From contig OZ240245.1 in assembly GCA_965198175.1 (NCBI GenBank), positions 3,648,001 through 3,712,000 of the forward strand: a stretch of 64,000 nucleotides of DNA. The letters are read 5' to 3'. The stretch is from Candidatus Poribacteria bacterium (GTDB lineage: Bacteria; Poribacteria; WGA-4E; PCPOR2b). Shown here one piece after another: positions 21,396-29,602 of this stretch. The notes below the pieces were generated by a model, which ran no database searches, was not told where the DNA came from, and saw only the letters and a list, made by a program, of their open reading frames with translations. Both the position numbers and the translations under genes were made by a program. Every line of letters begins with the position of its first letter. Position 1 is the first letter of the stretch.

Positions 21396-23948
21396 CTACT
21401 GCGACATTGACATACAAAATTGCTTCAGCGTTCCAGCCAATCGTGTTCCACTCGGCACATACGCCAAAATTAACCCGTCAACAACTTCATCTCGATTGGC
21501 AACAACTCCTGTCGAACGCTCAGCAGTCACTCCTTTAGAGAGCAACAGATGGAAGGCATCTCGCTTTAACCCTTGAGTGGTATAGAAATTCCCTTGTCCT
21601 TTTGAAATGACAACATCTGCATCCAGCAAGGCATTTGCAAACTCTCCTGTTGCCTGATAGAGATTCGTTCCAATCGTCTTCGAGCCAGAGGATATTAGAG
21701 ACACATCGCCGAATTGAATCCGCTCTTGAAGTTCCTGGAAGCATGGATGCGCAACGATTTCTCGCAGGTCATCAAGCGTCGCATCGCCGCTCGCCGGGCA
21801 CGCCTTGCCAACAACCGTAATTTGATGTCCGCAATCGGCGAGCATCTGGATAACCCATAGATCGAAGACCGCCTCACCATCGTTGTCGATGAGCCAGATC
21901 AGCCGCTTGGATTCACCTGTGATCACTGTTGATTCGAATTTTTCATAACAGTCGATTACAAATGGCATTTTAACCGCCTCGCGCAAGGTAAGGGAGAAGT
22001 AATCTGGATATTCTTCAATCCTCGCGACAACCCTAGCACTGCTGTAATCAATGATATTGGCTGCGGTTATGAGCTTCAGCCGTTCCAGCCAATTACATTC
22101 CGAGAACTCATTGATGAGGGTTACCGCGGTCTTTCTAGCTTTGCGTTTATCTCTGCGATAGGGGTCGGGGTTTCCCGTGCAGATTGCAGCAATCTCAAAG
22201 ATACATCCCCAAAGTTGTTCGGGAGTCAAATCGTCAATAACATGCGTGCCGTCGGTTTTCCGCATTTCCAACAAATCATCGACAGCTTGGATTGCGATTT
22301 GACGCAGCGCCGGGTTACGGGTCGCTCGATGAATCAATTCACGTGCCGAATGCGTTCGGACATGCTCACGTAGGTTGTCCCAATCCGGCGTCCCCAGCTT
22401 TTCGCCAAAGGTGTAGACGCCCGGCTTGTAGTCCGGCAAAGCGAGTTGAGCAAGGGATGTTACCTGCTTTTCCTCAAGAGAAGAGCGGATATCTTTTTGA
22501 ACCGGCGCGAATAATGGCAACCCCAGCCCTGTATCGCTGGGAACACCCAAATGGACATCGCTCACTGAAATTCCCGCTGGAATAACTGTTGCATTCGCAT
22601 GCACGGACTTCAGATTTACCGAATGACCCACTTTAACCCGATTGAACTGGCTGTTTTCGATCTGGCTTCGGGTTGCTAAGCCGGTAATTGGCGCTGCAAC
22701 TTCTGTCGAAAGCGAGTTGGATTCAAATGTTGTGTCCCTTGCTTCCACGTCTTTCAAGCCTACAAGATTTCCGACCGTAGAATTGCCCTGCAACACGACA
22801 TTTTCAAGCCGACAGTAAGTTCCAATCCGTATTCCTTCGCCTAGATGGATGCGCCCCAACAGATAACAACCGTGTCCAAACTCGATTTCTTCATTTCCCA
22901 TGACGATCTGCGCCTTGGGATCGACACGAACCCCTTTTTTGGCAAGACATCGCCGCGATTCCTCAAATAGGTACTTCTCACCGTCAAGAACGTTTGACCA
23001 GCGGTTCACGCCAGAGATAATTTCCTCCTCATGGATATAGGCGTTTGTTTTCAACCCATCGTCGTAGCAACGGCGAATCAGATCAACATGATGAAGTTCC
23101 GACTTGCTTCCGTGCAGTTGCAAACTATCCATCCGAGCAATAGCTGCGTCGCGGCGGATCAAGGTGATACCTGTATTAGTATAAGCCTCTCCGCATTCGA
23201 GACGGCGCCACATCTCACTCCGTTCAGCATCGGTCATGTCGTACCACTCTTTAGTTCCCATAAACTTCCCGTCGCAATCGAAAAACAGTCCACCTTTATC
23301 AATTACTGTCTCTGGAATTTTGCCACAAAGCGTGACATCTGCTCCAGCGACAATGTGCGAAATTAGAGTTTTCACAAACATAGCACGATTCAAAAAGGGT
23401 TCATCGCCAAACCCAACACCGATAACTTCAGCATCGGATTCGGAAATTGCAGACAGAGCAGCACGCAAGGCTGCGCCTGTTCCATAGGGCTGCTCAGGTT
23501 GGATGCACAGGATGGCATTTGGTCCAAACAGCCGTTGAACTGCTTCTTGATTGAGTGCGGAAACTGGGATGACTCCATGGGTAGGAATATCCGTCATTGT
23601 CACCCGTGACGCCATTTGGGCGCTGATGACGAGGATATGTGGACGACTGCCTGGCAAGCAACTTCGGGACAGTTGAAGGGTATTCCGTTCACCAAACCAC
23701 ACATCAAGGTTTTTGTTCAGATTGCTCAATGGATCGATGCGCGTACCCATACCCGCGGCTAGAATCACCCATTGCGGATCAATCCAACCCGCGAGATCAT
23801 CTTGGTTAGCGCGTTCAGCAACTGCGTGGAGAAATTGCTCAATTAGATTTTCGGCTTCTGCCTTGTCGGGAATGTCGATAGTGTTAGTGAGATCGCATCG
23901 AAGAATGGTTTCAACGGCTTCACGCAGATATTCGAGAACTTTAGTCAT
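21396..23948 (-). CDS. Fusion of a GlmU-like nucleotidyltransferase plus left-handed beta-helix with a DUF89/ARMT1-like phosphatase
   Basis: N-terminal ILAAGMGTR and EQPYGTG, central hexapeptide-like repeats, C-terminal DPY...K, ANIID, DNDGEAVFD, KGQGNF. Confidence 0.75.
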   Translation of the reverse strand: MTKVLEYLREAVETILRCDLTNTIDIPDKAEAENLIEQFLHAVAERANQDDLAGWIDPQWVILAAGMGTRIDPLSNLNKNLDVWFGERNTLQLSRSCLPGSRPHILVISAQMASRVTMTDIPTHGVIPVSALNQEAVQRLFGPNAILCIQPEQPYGTGAALRAALSAISESDAEVIGVGFGDEPFLNRAMFVKTLISHIVAGADVTLCGKIPETVIDKGGLFFDCDGKFMGTKEWYDMTDAERSEMWRRLECGEAYTNTGITLIRRDAAIARMDSLQLHGSKSELHHVDLIRRCYDDGLKTNAYIHEEEIISGVNRWSNVLDGEKYLFEESRRCLAKKGVRVDPKAQIVMGNEEIEFGHGCYLLGRIHLGEGIRIGTYCRLENVVLQGNSTVGNLVGLKDVEARDTTFESNSLSTEVAAPITGLATRSQIENSQFNRVKVGHSVNLKSVHANATVIPAGISVSDVHLGVPSDTGLGLPLFAPVQKDIRSSLEEKQVTSLAQLALPDYKPGVYTFGEKLGTPDWDNLREHVRTHSARELIHRATRNPALRQIAIQAVDDLLEMRKTDGTHVIDDLTPEQLWGCIFEIAAICTGNPDPYRRDKRKARKTAVTLINEFSECNWLERLKLITAANIIDYSSARVVARIEEYPDYFSLTLREAVKMPFVIDCYEKFESTVITGESKRLIWLIDNDGEAVFDLWVIQMLADCGHQITVVGKACPASGDATLDDLREIVAHPCFQELQERIQFGDVSLISSGSKTIGTNLYQATGEFANALLDADVVISKGQGNFYTTQGLKRDAFHLLLSKGVTAERSTGVVANRDEVVDGLILAYVPSGTRLAGTLKQFCMSMSQ

Positions 23949-24158
23949 CTCTTAATTTGGTCTATCCCATAATATGGGAGTTCGCTTGACTGAACCTGTA
24001 CAAACTCACTGATGATACTTCAACTTAGCGTGAAGGAATTACGATCGCCTTGATGATAGGTAAATACTGTCCTTCAGACATTCTGCTTGCTTTCACGATA
24101 GTTTATCTGGTACATGCCGTGAAGTCAAGAGTAACTTGCAGAATACAATCCAAAAAAC

Positions 24159-24187
24159 TTGACATAAGATTGTGGGGCGGTTATGCT
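24159..24187 (+). promoter_or_regulatory. Sigma70-type promoter
   Basis: TTGACA-17 nt-TATGCT. Confidence 0.6.
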
Positions 24188-24346
24188 TTTTTCACATCCA
24201 CATAGATGCTTTTTTGCGGCGCATATGGCTTCCGCCTACCCACCTAGCCATCGATTTCACATTGCCGTGAGAACATAGTCTTCTTGTGCCATTTTCGTTG
24301 ATAGGAACGATTCTTTTCAAATTCATCTGAAGAGAGGGAAAACATA

Positions 24347-25510
24347 ATGACCGTAATCAGACAAGATCATTCTCATACCCACAAGTTGAACGTCGTAGTC
24401 GTCGGCGCGGGAATAATTGGGGCGTCAATCGCCTACCGCCTTTCGCAGCGCAAGCAGATCGCCGTGACCATCCTTGAGCGCGATCAGCCAGGTTCAGGAG
24501 CGTCTGACCACTCCTTTGCTTGGTTGAACGCTTTCCGGAAGGAACCTGCGTCTTACCATCATTTCAATCGTCGGTCTATGGACGTTTGGCATCGCTTTGC
24601 TGACAAACTCCGCGCAGATGTTGGACTGCACTGGGGCGGAAAGTTGCGTTGGGAAAACACTGAGGAGGGCGCCACGGCACTACTCCAGCGCGTCAAGCAG
24701 TTACAGGCACGGGGCTACCCATGCCGACTTATTTCAATTGATGAACTGCGCCGACTTGAACCGGGAATCTCTCCAGGTCCGGTGAGTGCCGCTTCTCTCT
24801 CGGAGATTGATGGACACGTGGAACCGGTCAAAGTTATCGACGCCTGTTTGCAACGGGCGTGTGAGCGGGGCGCTAATTTGCATACTCAGACACCAGTCAC
24901 CGGGTTGCGCCTAGGTAAAAAGGGAAGCACAGCTCAACGTGTGGAGGCGGTTAACACACCAATGGGTGAGGTTCTCTGCGATGTCCTGGTGGCAGCCAGC
25001 GGCATCGCCACCACAGAACTCGCCGCCATGGCGGACGTGCGCGTTCCGCAGGAAGACAGCCCCGGTGTAGTGATTCGCACCGATCCACGCCCACCGTTGC
25101 TGCATAGCGTTTCCGTGCTGCACGCTCCACCTGCGGATAAAGACCAAACGGAGATACATTTGCGACAAACCGCAGATGGAACAGTTATGATTGGCGAAGG
25201 TTCGCAGGAGAGTTTGCACCTGGACGACTCTCAAGAGCACGCGGACGCGCTTTTGCGCCGTGCAACAAGTTACTTGCCAGCGCTCGCCGGTGCCCGGGCG
25301 ATACCGGTACCTTTGGGCCATCGTCCTATGCCAATTGACGGTCTGCCAATCCTTGGTTTTGCGGAAGCGGTGCCAAATCTGTATATCGCTGTGATGCACA
25401 GCGGTGTTACGTTAGCCCCCCTTGTGAGCGAGCTAGCGACGTTGGAAATTGTTGACGGCGCATGTGTCGAAATGCTCGCCCCATACCGCCCAGAGCGCTT
25501 CAGTATGTAG
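24347..25510 (+). CDS. FAD-dependent oxidoreductase (DAO/glycine oxidase family)
   Basis: Motifs VVGAGIIG, RPMPIDGLPILG, HSGVTLAP. Confidence 0.9.
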   Translation: MTVIRQDHSHTHKLNVVVVGAGIIGASIAYRLSQRKQIAVTILERDQPGSGASDHSFAWLNAFRKEPASYHHFNRRSMDVWHRFADKLRADVGLHWGGKLRWENTEEGATALLQRVKQLQARGYPCRLISIDELRRLEPGISPGPVSAASLSEIDGHVEPVKVIDACLQRACERGANLHTQTPVTGLRLGKKGSTAQRVEAVNTPMGEVLCDVLVAASGIATTELAAMADVRVPQEDSPGVVIRTDPRPPLLHSVSVLHAPPADKDQTEIHLRQTADGTVMIGEGSQESLHLDDSQEHADALLRRATSYLPALAGARAIPVPLGHRPMPIDGLPILGFAEAVPNLYIAVMHSGVTLAPLVSELATLEIVDGACVEMLAPYRPERFSM

Positions 25511-25585
25511 ACTAATGAAATAATTAGGGTAAAAAATTACAGTTTTTACAGTCTATAAAAAAGGGGCGAATCGGAGCGAGTTTTT

Positions 25586-25769
25586 GTAGGTGCGTTGAGC
25601 GGTGATGGTAAAACAGACGAGGTATTCCGCAAGGGATTCGTATGTTCAGATTGTTTGATAGTTGTTTATGATGAAGCGAAACCCAACGATCGAGCGACCG
25701 AATAGCGAGTGCGATAGTCTTCTCCAGTTTTCCCCGCTCATCAAATCCACTCAACCCAACCCAACCTAC
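25586..25769. repeat. GTAG-type REP/MITE-like element, copy 1
   Basis: Starts GTAGGTGCGTTGAGCG, contains GAAGCGAAACCCAAC, ends CAACCCAACCTAC. Similar to 30650-30877 and 31983-32120. Confidence 0.75.
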
Positions 25770-25840
25770 AATCTAAAGGCAGTGGTCAAAAAATCAGGTC
25801 ACTGGCAACTGACCACTGGCTACTGCTCTTAAATTTAGAG

Positions 25841-25869
25841 TTGACATCCAGTGATTTTGCTTGTATTAT
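25841..25869 (+). promoter_or_regulatory. Sigma70-type promoter for the tandem repeat proteins
   Basis: TTGACA-17 nt-TATTAT, flanked by 7-mer (CACTGGC-like) tandem repeats. Confidence 0.7.
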
Positions 25870-25967
25870 GTTAAGTAAAGATAGGTAAGGTATCCCGTGG
25901 TCAGAGTAAAAAACAGGTCACTAGCCACTGGCTACTGGTCACTGTTTCTAAAACTAAGGAGAAAACA

Positions 25968-26537
25968 ATGAACGCGAAACACTATCTGGTTATAAGCGGT
26001 ATTGTTGGCGGGGTCATAGGGAGCTTGTTGACGGCGTTGTTGGTTTCACCAGTCACAGCGCAACGCGATAAGTTCGGTGAGATTGAGTGTACGAGTTTGG
26101 CGGTTGTTGATGCAGATGAAAAGACGAGGGTGAGGCTCGGTGCTGGTGTACATGGCGGGTATGTCGATGCCTATGGCAAGGACGGGGAATCGAAGGCGTT
26201 GCTCCGTATCGATGAACACGGCGGTCGTGTTCAAGTCGATGGCAAAGATGGAAAATCGGCGGCGTCGTTCGGTATCAATGAACGCGGCGGGCAATTCATT
26301 ATCTTAAGCAAAGATAGCGACCTGGTGTTGGGGCTAGATGCTGATGAACATGGCGGTCGTGTTGTAGTCTATGAGGACGCTGTCCAAGGCAAGAACCCCA
26401 AGGCGACGCTTGGTATTAGTGAGCATGGCGGGATTTTAGGGGTAACAGGCAAAGGCGGAGGCGCGGCTGCCGTGAGCATCAGCCAATACGGCAACGGCGC
26501 CATCTCCACTTGGGACAAAAACGGCTATCGGCAGTAA
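25968..26537 (+). CDS. Membrane-anchored/secreted ~22-aa beta-repeat protein, paralog A
   Basis: N-terminal hydrophobic segment, SPVTAQRDKF, about 6 EHGG-V-V-GKDG units, C-terminus WDKNGYRQ; SD AAGGAG. Confidence 0.8.
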   Translation: MNAKHYLVISGIVGGVIGSLLTALLVSPVTAQRDKFGEIECTSLAVVDADEKTRVRLGAGVHGGYVDAYGKDGESKALLRIDEHGGRVQVDGKDGKSAASFGINERGGQFIILSKDSDLVLGLDADEHGGRVVVYEDAVQGKNPKATLGISEHGGILGVTGKGGGAAAVSISQYGNGAISTWDKNGYRQ

Positions 26538-26567
26538 CCACAAGATAACCAAAAGGAGGGCAACGTA

Positions 26568-27197
26568 ATGTTTAGTAGGGAACATTGGCAAATCAAGTTA
26601 GTTTATGCGGGCTTTGGAGCGCTGCTACTGTTTGTTGGGATGCTGCTGTCACCAGTCACGGCGCAAAGAGATAAGTTTGACACAATCCAGTGTCGTAGGC
26701 TAGAGGTCGTTGATGCGACGGGCAAACCAATGGTGATTCTCGCAACCAATGAAGACGGCGGGGCTGTCGCTGCATCTGGCAAAGACGGGGAACCGGGGGC
26801 GTGGCTTACTAACAATGAACACGGCGGGATTATCGGTGTCACAGGCAAAGACGGGAAATCGCAAGCGGGGCTCAGTATCAGTGAATACGGCGGGCTTGTC
26901 CAAGTGGGTGGCAAGGACGTGGAATTGGGTGCGTCGCTCGGTGTTAATGAACACGGCGGGGTTGTCGCTGTCGGTGGCAAAGACGGGAAATCGATGGTGA
27001 TGCTCAGTATCGATGAAGAAGGCGGGACTGTCGGAACCTTAGACAAATACGGGAAGACGGCGGTGATGCTCAGTATTACTGAACACGGCGGGTATGTTAA
27101 TGTGTACGGCAAAGGCGAGGGCAAGGCGGTGATTGGAATCAACGAATACGGCAACGGCGTTGTCAACACGTGGGATAAAAACGGGTATCGGCAGTGA
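26568..27197 (+). CDS. Membrane-anchored/secreted ~22-aa beta-repeat protein, paralog B
   Basis: Same architecture with about 7 units and the same C-terminal WDKNGYRQ; SD AGGAGG. Confidence 0.8.
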   Translation: MFSREHWQIKLVYAGFGALLLFVGMLLSPVTAQRDKFDTIQCRRLEVVDATGKPMVILATNEDGGAVAASGKDGEPGAWLTNNEHGGIIGVTGKDGKSQAGLSISEYGGLVQVGGKDVELGASLGVNEHGGVVAVGGKDGKSMVMLSIDEEGGTVGTLDKYGKTAVMLSITEHGGYVNVYGKGEGKAVIGINEYGNGVVNTWDKNGYRQ

Positions 27198-27339
27198 TTG
27201 GCAATAATGTTCAGACATATAATGTCCCGAATGCACGCTATGGTTCGGCTAAAGTAAAAGGAGGCGGTTGATGGATGCAATACCAGAGAGGCTAGACGGG
27301 GCGGGGCGATTGCTCGGTTCAAGTATGGCAAATAAATGG

Positions 27340-27368
27340 TTGACAGGTGAGAAGTAATCTGTTACTCT
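27340..27368 (+). promoter_or_regulatory. Sigma70-type promoter for a structured RNA
   Basis: TTGACA-17 nt-TACTCT with extended -10 TG. The predicted start (~27375) coincides with the first stem. Confidence 0.6.
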
Positions 27369-27375
27369 AAGAATA

Positions 27376-27455
27376 TCACAGTCGGTGTGGGGTGCTACGG
27401 CCGCCAATCCCGGTGGCCGCCCACACAACACCTTTAGCACGGTGTATGATTGTGA
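27376..27455 (+). ncRNA. Putative structured RNA (three-way junction plus pseudoknot), family not recognised
   Basis: P1 27376-83/27448-55; P2 27385-91/27420-26; P2b 27398-405/27412-19; P3 27428-32/27441-45. Bulge GTGCTA (27392-97) is complementary to loop TAGCAC (27435-40). Confidence 0.65.
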
Positions 27456-27529
27456 GACTGTTGATTCCCAATACTTACTTACAATTAAGAGTTTTGCATC
27501 AATTCAACAGAACTGTTTAGTGTTCCAAA

Positions 27530-27605
27530 TAAGTATCGCGTTAGATGTGACAGGCGGAAAGGTGTACTGGACGACTGTAGGCTTTTCCAGCGGCATCCAG
27601 CAAAG
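27530..27605 (+). pseudogene. Remnant of an LDL-receptor class B (YWTD) repeat gene
   Basis: Translates to SIALDVTGGKVYWT with no intact gene around it. Confidence 0.5.
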
Positions 27606-27630
27606 GTGGTACGGCGAAAGTGAATCTGAT

Positions 27631-27796
27631 TTTCGCAAATCGGTTTTCTGCGGAAAACAGGGGGGTACTTGCGAAACTTTACGGCTGAAAGGACGGTATA
27701 ACAGGCTGAAAACAGGGTGAAGTCTCTCAACCAGAATTTCACCAGACACCGCATAAAACTAGATGGGACACAGGTTGGAAGCAATGTTAGGGGTAG
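27631..27796 (+). promoter_or_regulatory. CRISPR leader-like region
   Basis: ~165 nt directly 5' of the first repeat, starting with the nested palindrome TTTCGCAA..GTTTTC-TGCG-GAAAAC..TTGCGAAA. 43 nt of it recur at 27851-27893 (38/43 identical). Confidence 0.55.
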
Positions 27797-27833
27797 GTTG
27801 CACTCTTTGACGCGATTACAAGCGGACTGAAAG
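27797..27833 (+). CRISPR. Solitary full CRISPR-type repeat R1 (37 bp)
   Basis: GTTGCACTCTTTGACGCGATTACAAGCGGACTGAAAG, identical to 28862-28898. The GTT...GAAAG ends are typical of Cas6-processed class 1 repeats. Confidence 0.8.
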
Positions 27834-27918
27834 AGGCATTAACACAGAGAAAATCGTATTTCTGCGGAAAACAGGGGGGATTTTGCGAAACTTAACAAAT
27901 AACGTGGATGCGACCGCG

Positions 27919-28382
27919 ATGAAAACGGGGGAGCGCCTCAAGCGCGAGCGGCGGGTCTATGGTCGTTTGTACTTCCGCCGCTTGCACTTCCACAACGATT
28001 CATTTTGGCTTGTGTCGTTTCCCAGTCGCAAGGTTTTTGACAATTGCAAGCGTGCGGTCGAGGTGAGGCGGCTGCTAGGCGGGGCGTATCACTGCCGTTT
28101 GGAACGCATGGCTGCCAAAGACGCCAAGTGTGACGAATTAGTAATGGCCAGGCAATGCCATCACTACGAACCGGCGTCGATGATTGCCCTCGTCGAATAC
28201 TTAGAACGTGATTGGAATGGCACGCCCCAATGTCCTGAATATCATTGCATTCCGCCTCTGCCCGATTGATTGACACAATCGCAGACGCGGCAAAGCGGCT
28301 CTGCGGAACTCGACCGACGGACGAACTAGTGAAGTCTTTTTTGGAGGCGATCAACTACGCAGAGGTTAGAAAATGTCAATAA
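27919..28382 (+). pseudogene. Hypothetical, possibly frameshifted ORF between repeats
   Basis: ATG 27919 to TGA 28269. A second frame (SARLIDTIADAAKRLCG...EVRKCQ) continues to 28382. Confidence 0.35.
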
Positions 28383-28422
28383 CCTCACGAAGCTATACTA
28401 TAGGGGAGGAGGTGATCAATCA

Positions 28423-28563
28423 ATGGCAAGCAAAAAACGACCTGTTTACCCTGATAACCTGCCGAGCAAAAAAGAAGGAGCCAATGCGGGTAAAGGTAGA
28501 ACAAACAACCCTAACCCAAAACACGGGAAGGCTCGTGACAAGTCTACATCTCGCAAAAAGTAG
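28423..28563 (+). CDS. 46-aa basic peptide MASKKRPVYPDNLPSKKEGANAGKGRTNNPNPKHGKARDKSTSRKK
   Basis: Very strong SD (GGAGGAGGTGA) 7 nt before the ATG; a 14-bp hairpin follows the stop. Confidence 0.65.
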   Translation: MASKKRPVYPDNLPSKKEGANAGKGRTNNPNPKHGKARDKSTSRKK

Positions 28564-28570
28564 CATTATC

Positions 28571-28611
28571 GCCCTCAGGGAAGGCTTGGCTTACAATCTT
28601 TCCTTGAGGGC
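28571..28611 (+). terminator. 14-bp hairpin (stabiliser or weak terminator; no U-tract)
   Basis: GCCCTCAGGGAAGG pairs with CTTTCCTTGAGGGC with two G-U pairs. Confidence 0.55.
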
Positions 28612-28674
28612 TAAGGATGCAAATCAGAAATATCTGTTCCACTATGGTGGATGTTTGCGTAGGAGGAAATCATT

Positions 28675-28791
28675 ATGAACGACTACCGACGATGGGAAAT
28701 ACAAAATCCGATGCCGTGGTGGAAGATTCTCTTAATCTGGGTGGTGGCAGGGATTTTTTTTTGCCTACTCCACGGGCTGGGTTGTGATTAA
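28675..28791 (+). CDS. 38-aa single-TM peptide MNDYRRWEIQNPMPWWKILLIWVVAGIFFCLLHGLGCD
   Basis: SD AGGAGG 8 nt before the ATG; one hydrophobic helix. Confidence 0.6.
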   Translation: MNDYRRWEIQNPMPWWKILLIWVVAGIFFCLLHGLGCD

Positions 28792-28812
28792 AAAAGACAG
28801 TAGAGAGTGACT

Positions 28813-28898
28813 AGCGGACTGAAAGAACCACAAGCCCATAGCCTTGATTCACTTGCTGAGAGTTGCACTCTTTGACGCGATTACAAGCGGACTGAAAG
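28813..28898 (+). CRISPR. Single-spacer mini-array 1
   Basis: 3' 13 nt of the repeat (AGCGGACTGAAAG, 28813-25), a 36-nt spacer (28826-61) and a full 37-bp repeat (28862-98). Confidence 0.75.
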
Positions 28899-28933
28899 CG
28901 ACGAAACGTGGACGTTTAAAGGAGAATTGAAGG

Positions 28934-29263
28934 ATGAAAAATAAGAATGAATTAGGCGGTTGCGGAACATTCGCTGTGATCGTATATGTAAGCGTAGTAG
29001 GTATCATTGCCGTTATTTGGATAATAGTAGAGGGTATACCTTATGTTGCAAAAGGCTTTTTGAAAGGCTTAAATGCTGTGGAAACTCGTGTTGGACCAAC
29101 AGTTCGTAGAATAACCAACGAATCTACTTTACAAGATTTAAGAGACGATTACTACCATGGCATGAAAACCCCAAAGGGCTGGGACGCTGGCGAGTGGTAC
29201 AAATACAAAACCGAAACCCCTGGAAAAGCACTCCGATACCTTGACCGCTTGGCAATGGATTAG
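28934..29263 (+). CDS. Hypothetical single-TM protein (109 aa)
   Basis: SD AAGGAG within the 35 nt after the repeat; N-terminal hydrophobic helix; AT-rich. Confidence 0.65.
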   Translation: MKNKNELGGCGTFAVIVYVSVVGIIAVIWIIVEGIPYVAKGFLKGLNAVETRVGPTVRRITNESTLQDLRDDYYHGMKTPKGWDAGEWYKYKTETPGKALRYLDRLAMD

Positions 29264-29296
29264 CGCATTGACAACTTTTTAACTTGAGGAGACTTT

Positions 29297-29518
29297 ATGC
29301 CACGAACCTTTTATAGTCGTTCCGATATAGTTGGCACCATCTCAATGCACAATATGCAAATTACAGATACGTTAGACCAAATCAAACGTGCCTTATCCGC
29401 TTATGGAAAAGACGCCGAACTTGTTGAATGGGAAAATGAAGTTGAGGAGTTATTAAACACGCTCAAATCTAAGGCAAATACTTATGAGAAGGTTTTTAAG
29501 ATTCGTCCTCTTCAATAA
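29297..29518 (+). CDS. Hypothetical protein (73 aa)
   Basis: SD GAGGAG; helical composition. Confidence 0.6.
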   Translation: MPRTFYSRSDIVGTISMHNMQITDTLDQIKRALSAYGKDAELVEWENEVEELLNTLKSKANTYEKVFKIRPLQ

Positions 29519-29602
29519 GGGAGATTAGCGGCATCTTCTGCTAATAGTCGTGCATTTACTTTACTGAGTATTCTGTCAGCAGCATCAGTAAGCATGTGGA
29601 AA

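Noticed and set aside
25968..27197. Repeat-protein pair as a diversity-generating retroelement template/variable pair
   Set aside because: No reverse transcriptase in the window, and the differences are not confined to adenines.
26603..27331. 242-aa ORF on the - strand
   Set aside because: Antisense shadow of repeat-protein paralog B.
27376..27455. Structured RNA as a tracrRNA for the 37-bp repeat
   Set aside because: Only about 5 nt (CAGTC) are complementary to the repeat, and the repeat looks class 1 (Cas6-type).
28373..28678. 101-aa ORF from the track
   Set aside because: It overlaps the 46-aa ORF that has a far stronger SD, and it runs through the hairpin; probably spurious.
28774..28840. 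Partial complementarity between the start of spacer 1 and the end of the 38-aa ORF
   Set aside because: About 10 nt with a gap and a mismatch, which is compatible with chance. No convincing protospacer for either spacer was seen by eye in the window, though the search was not exhaustive.
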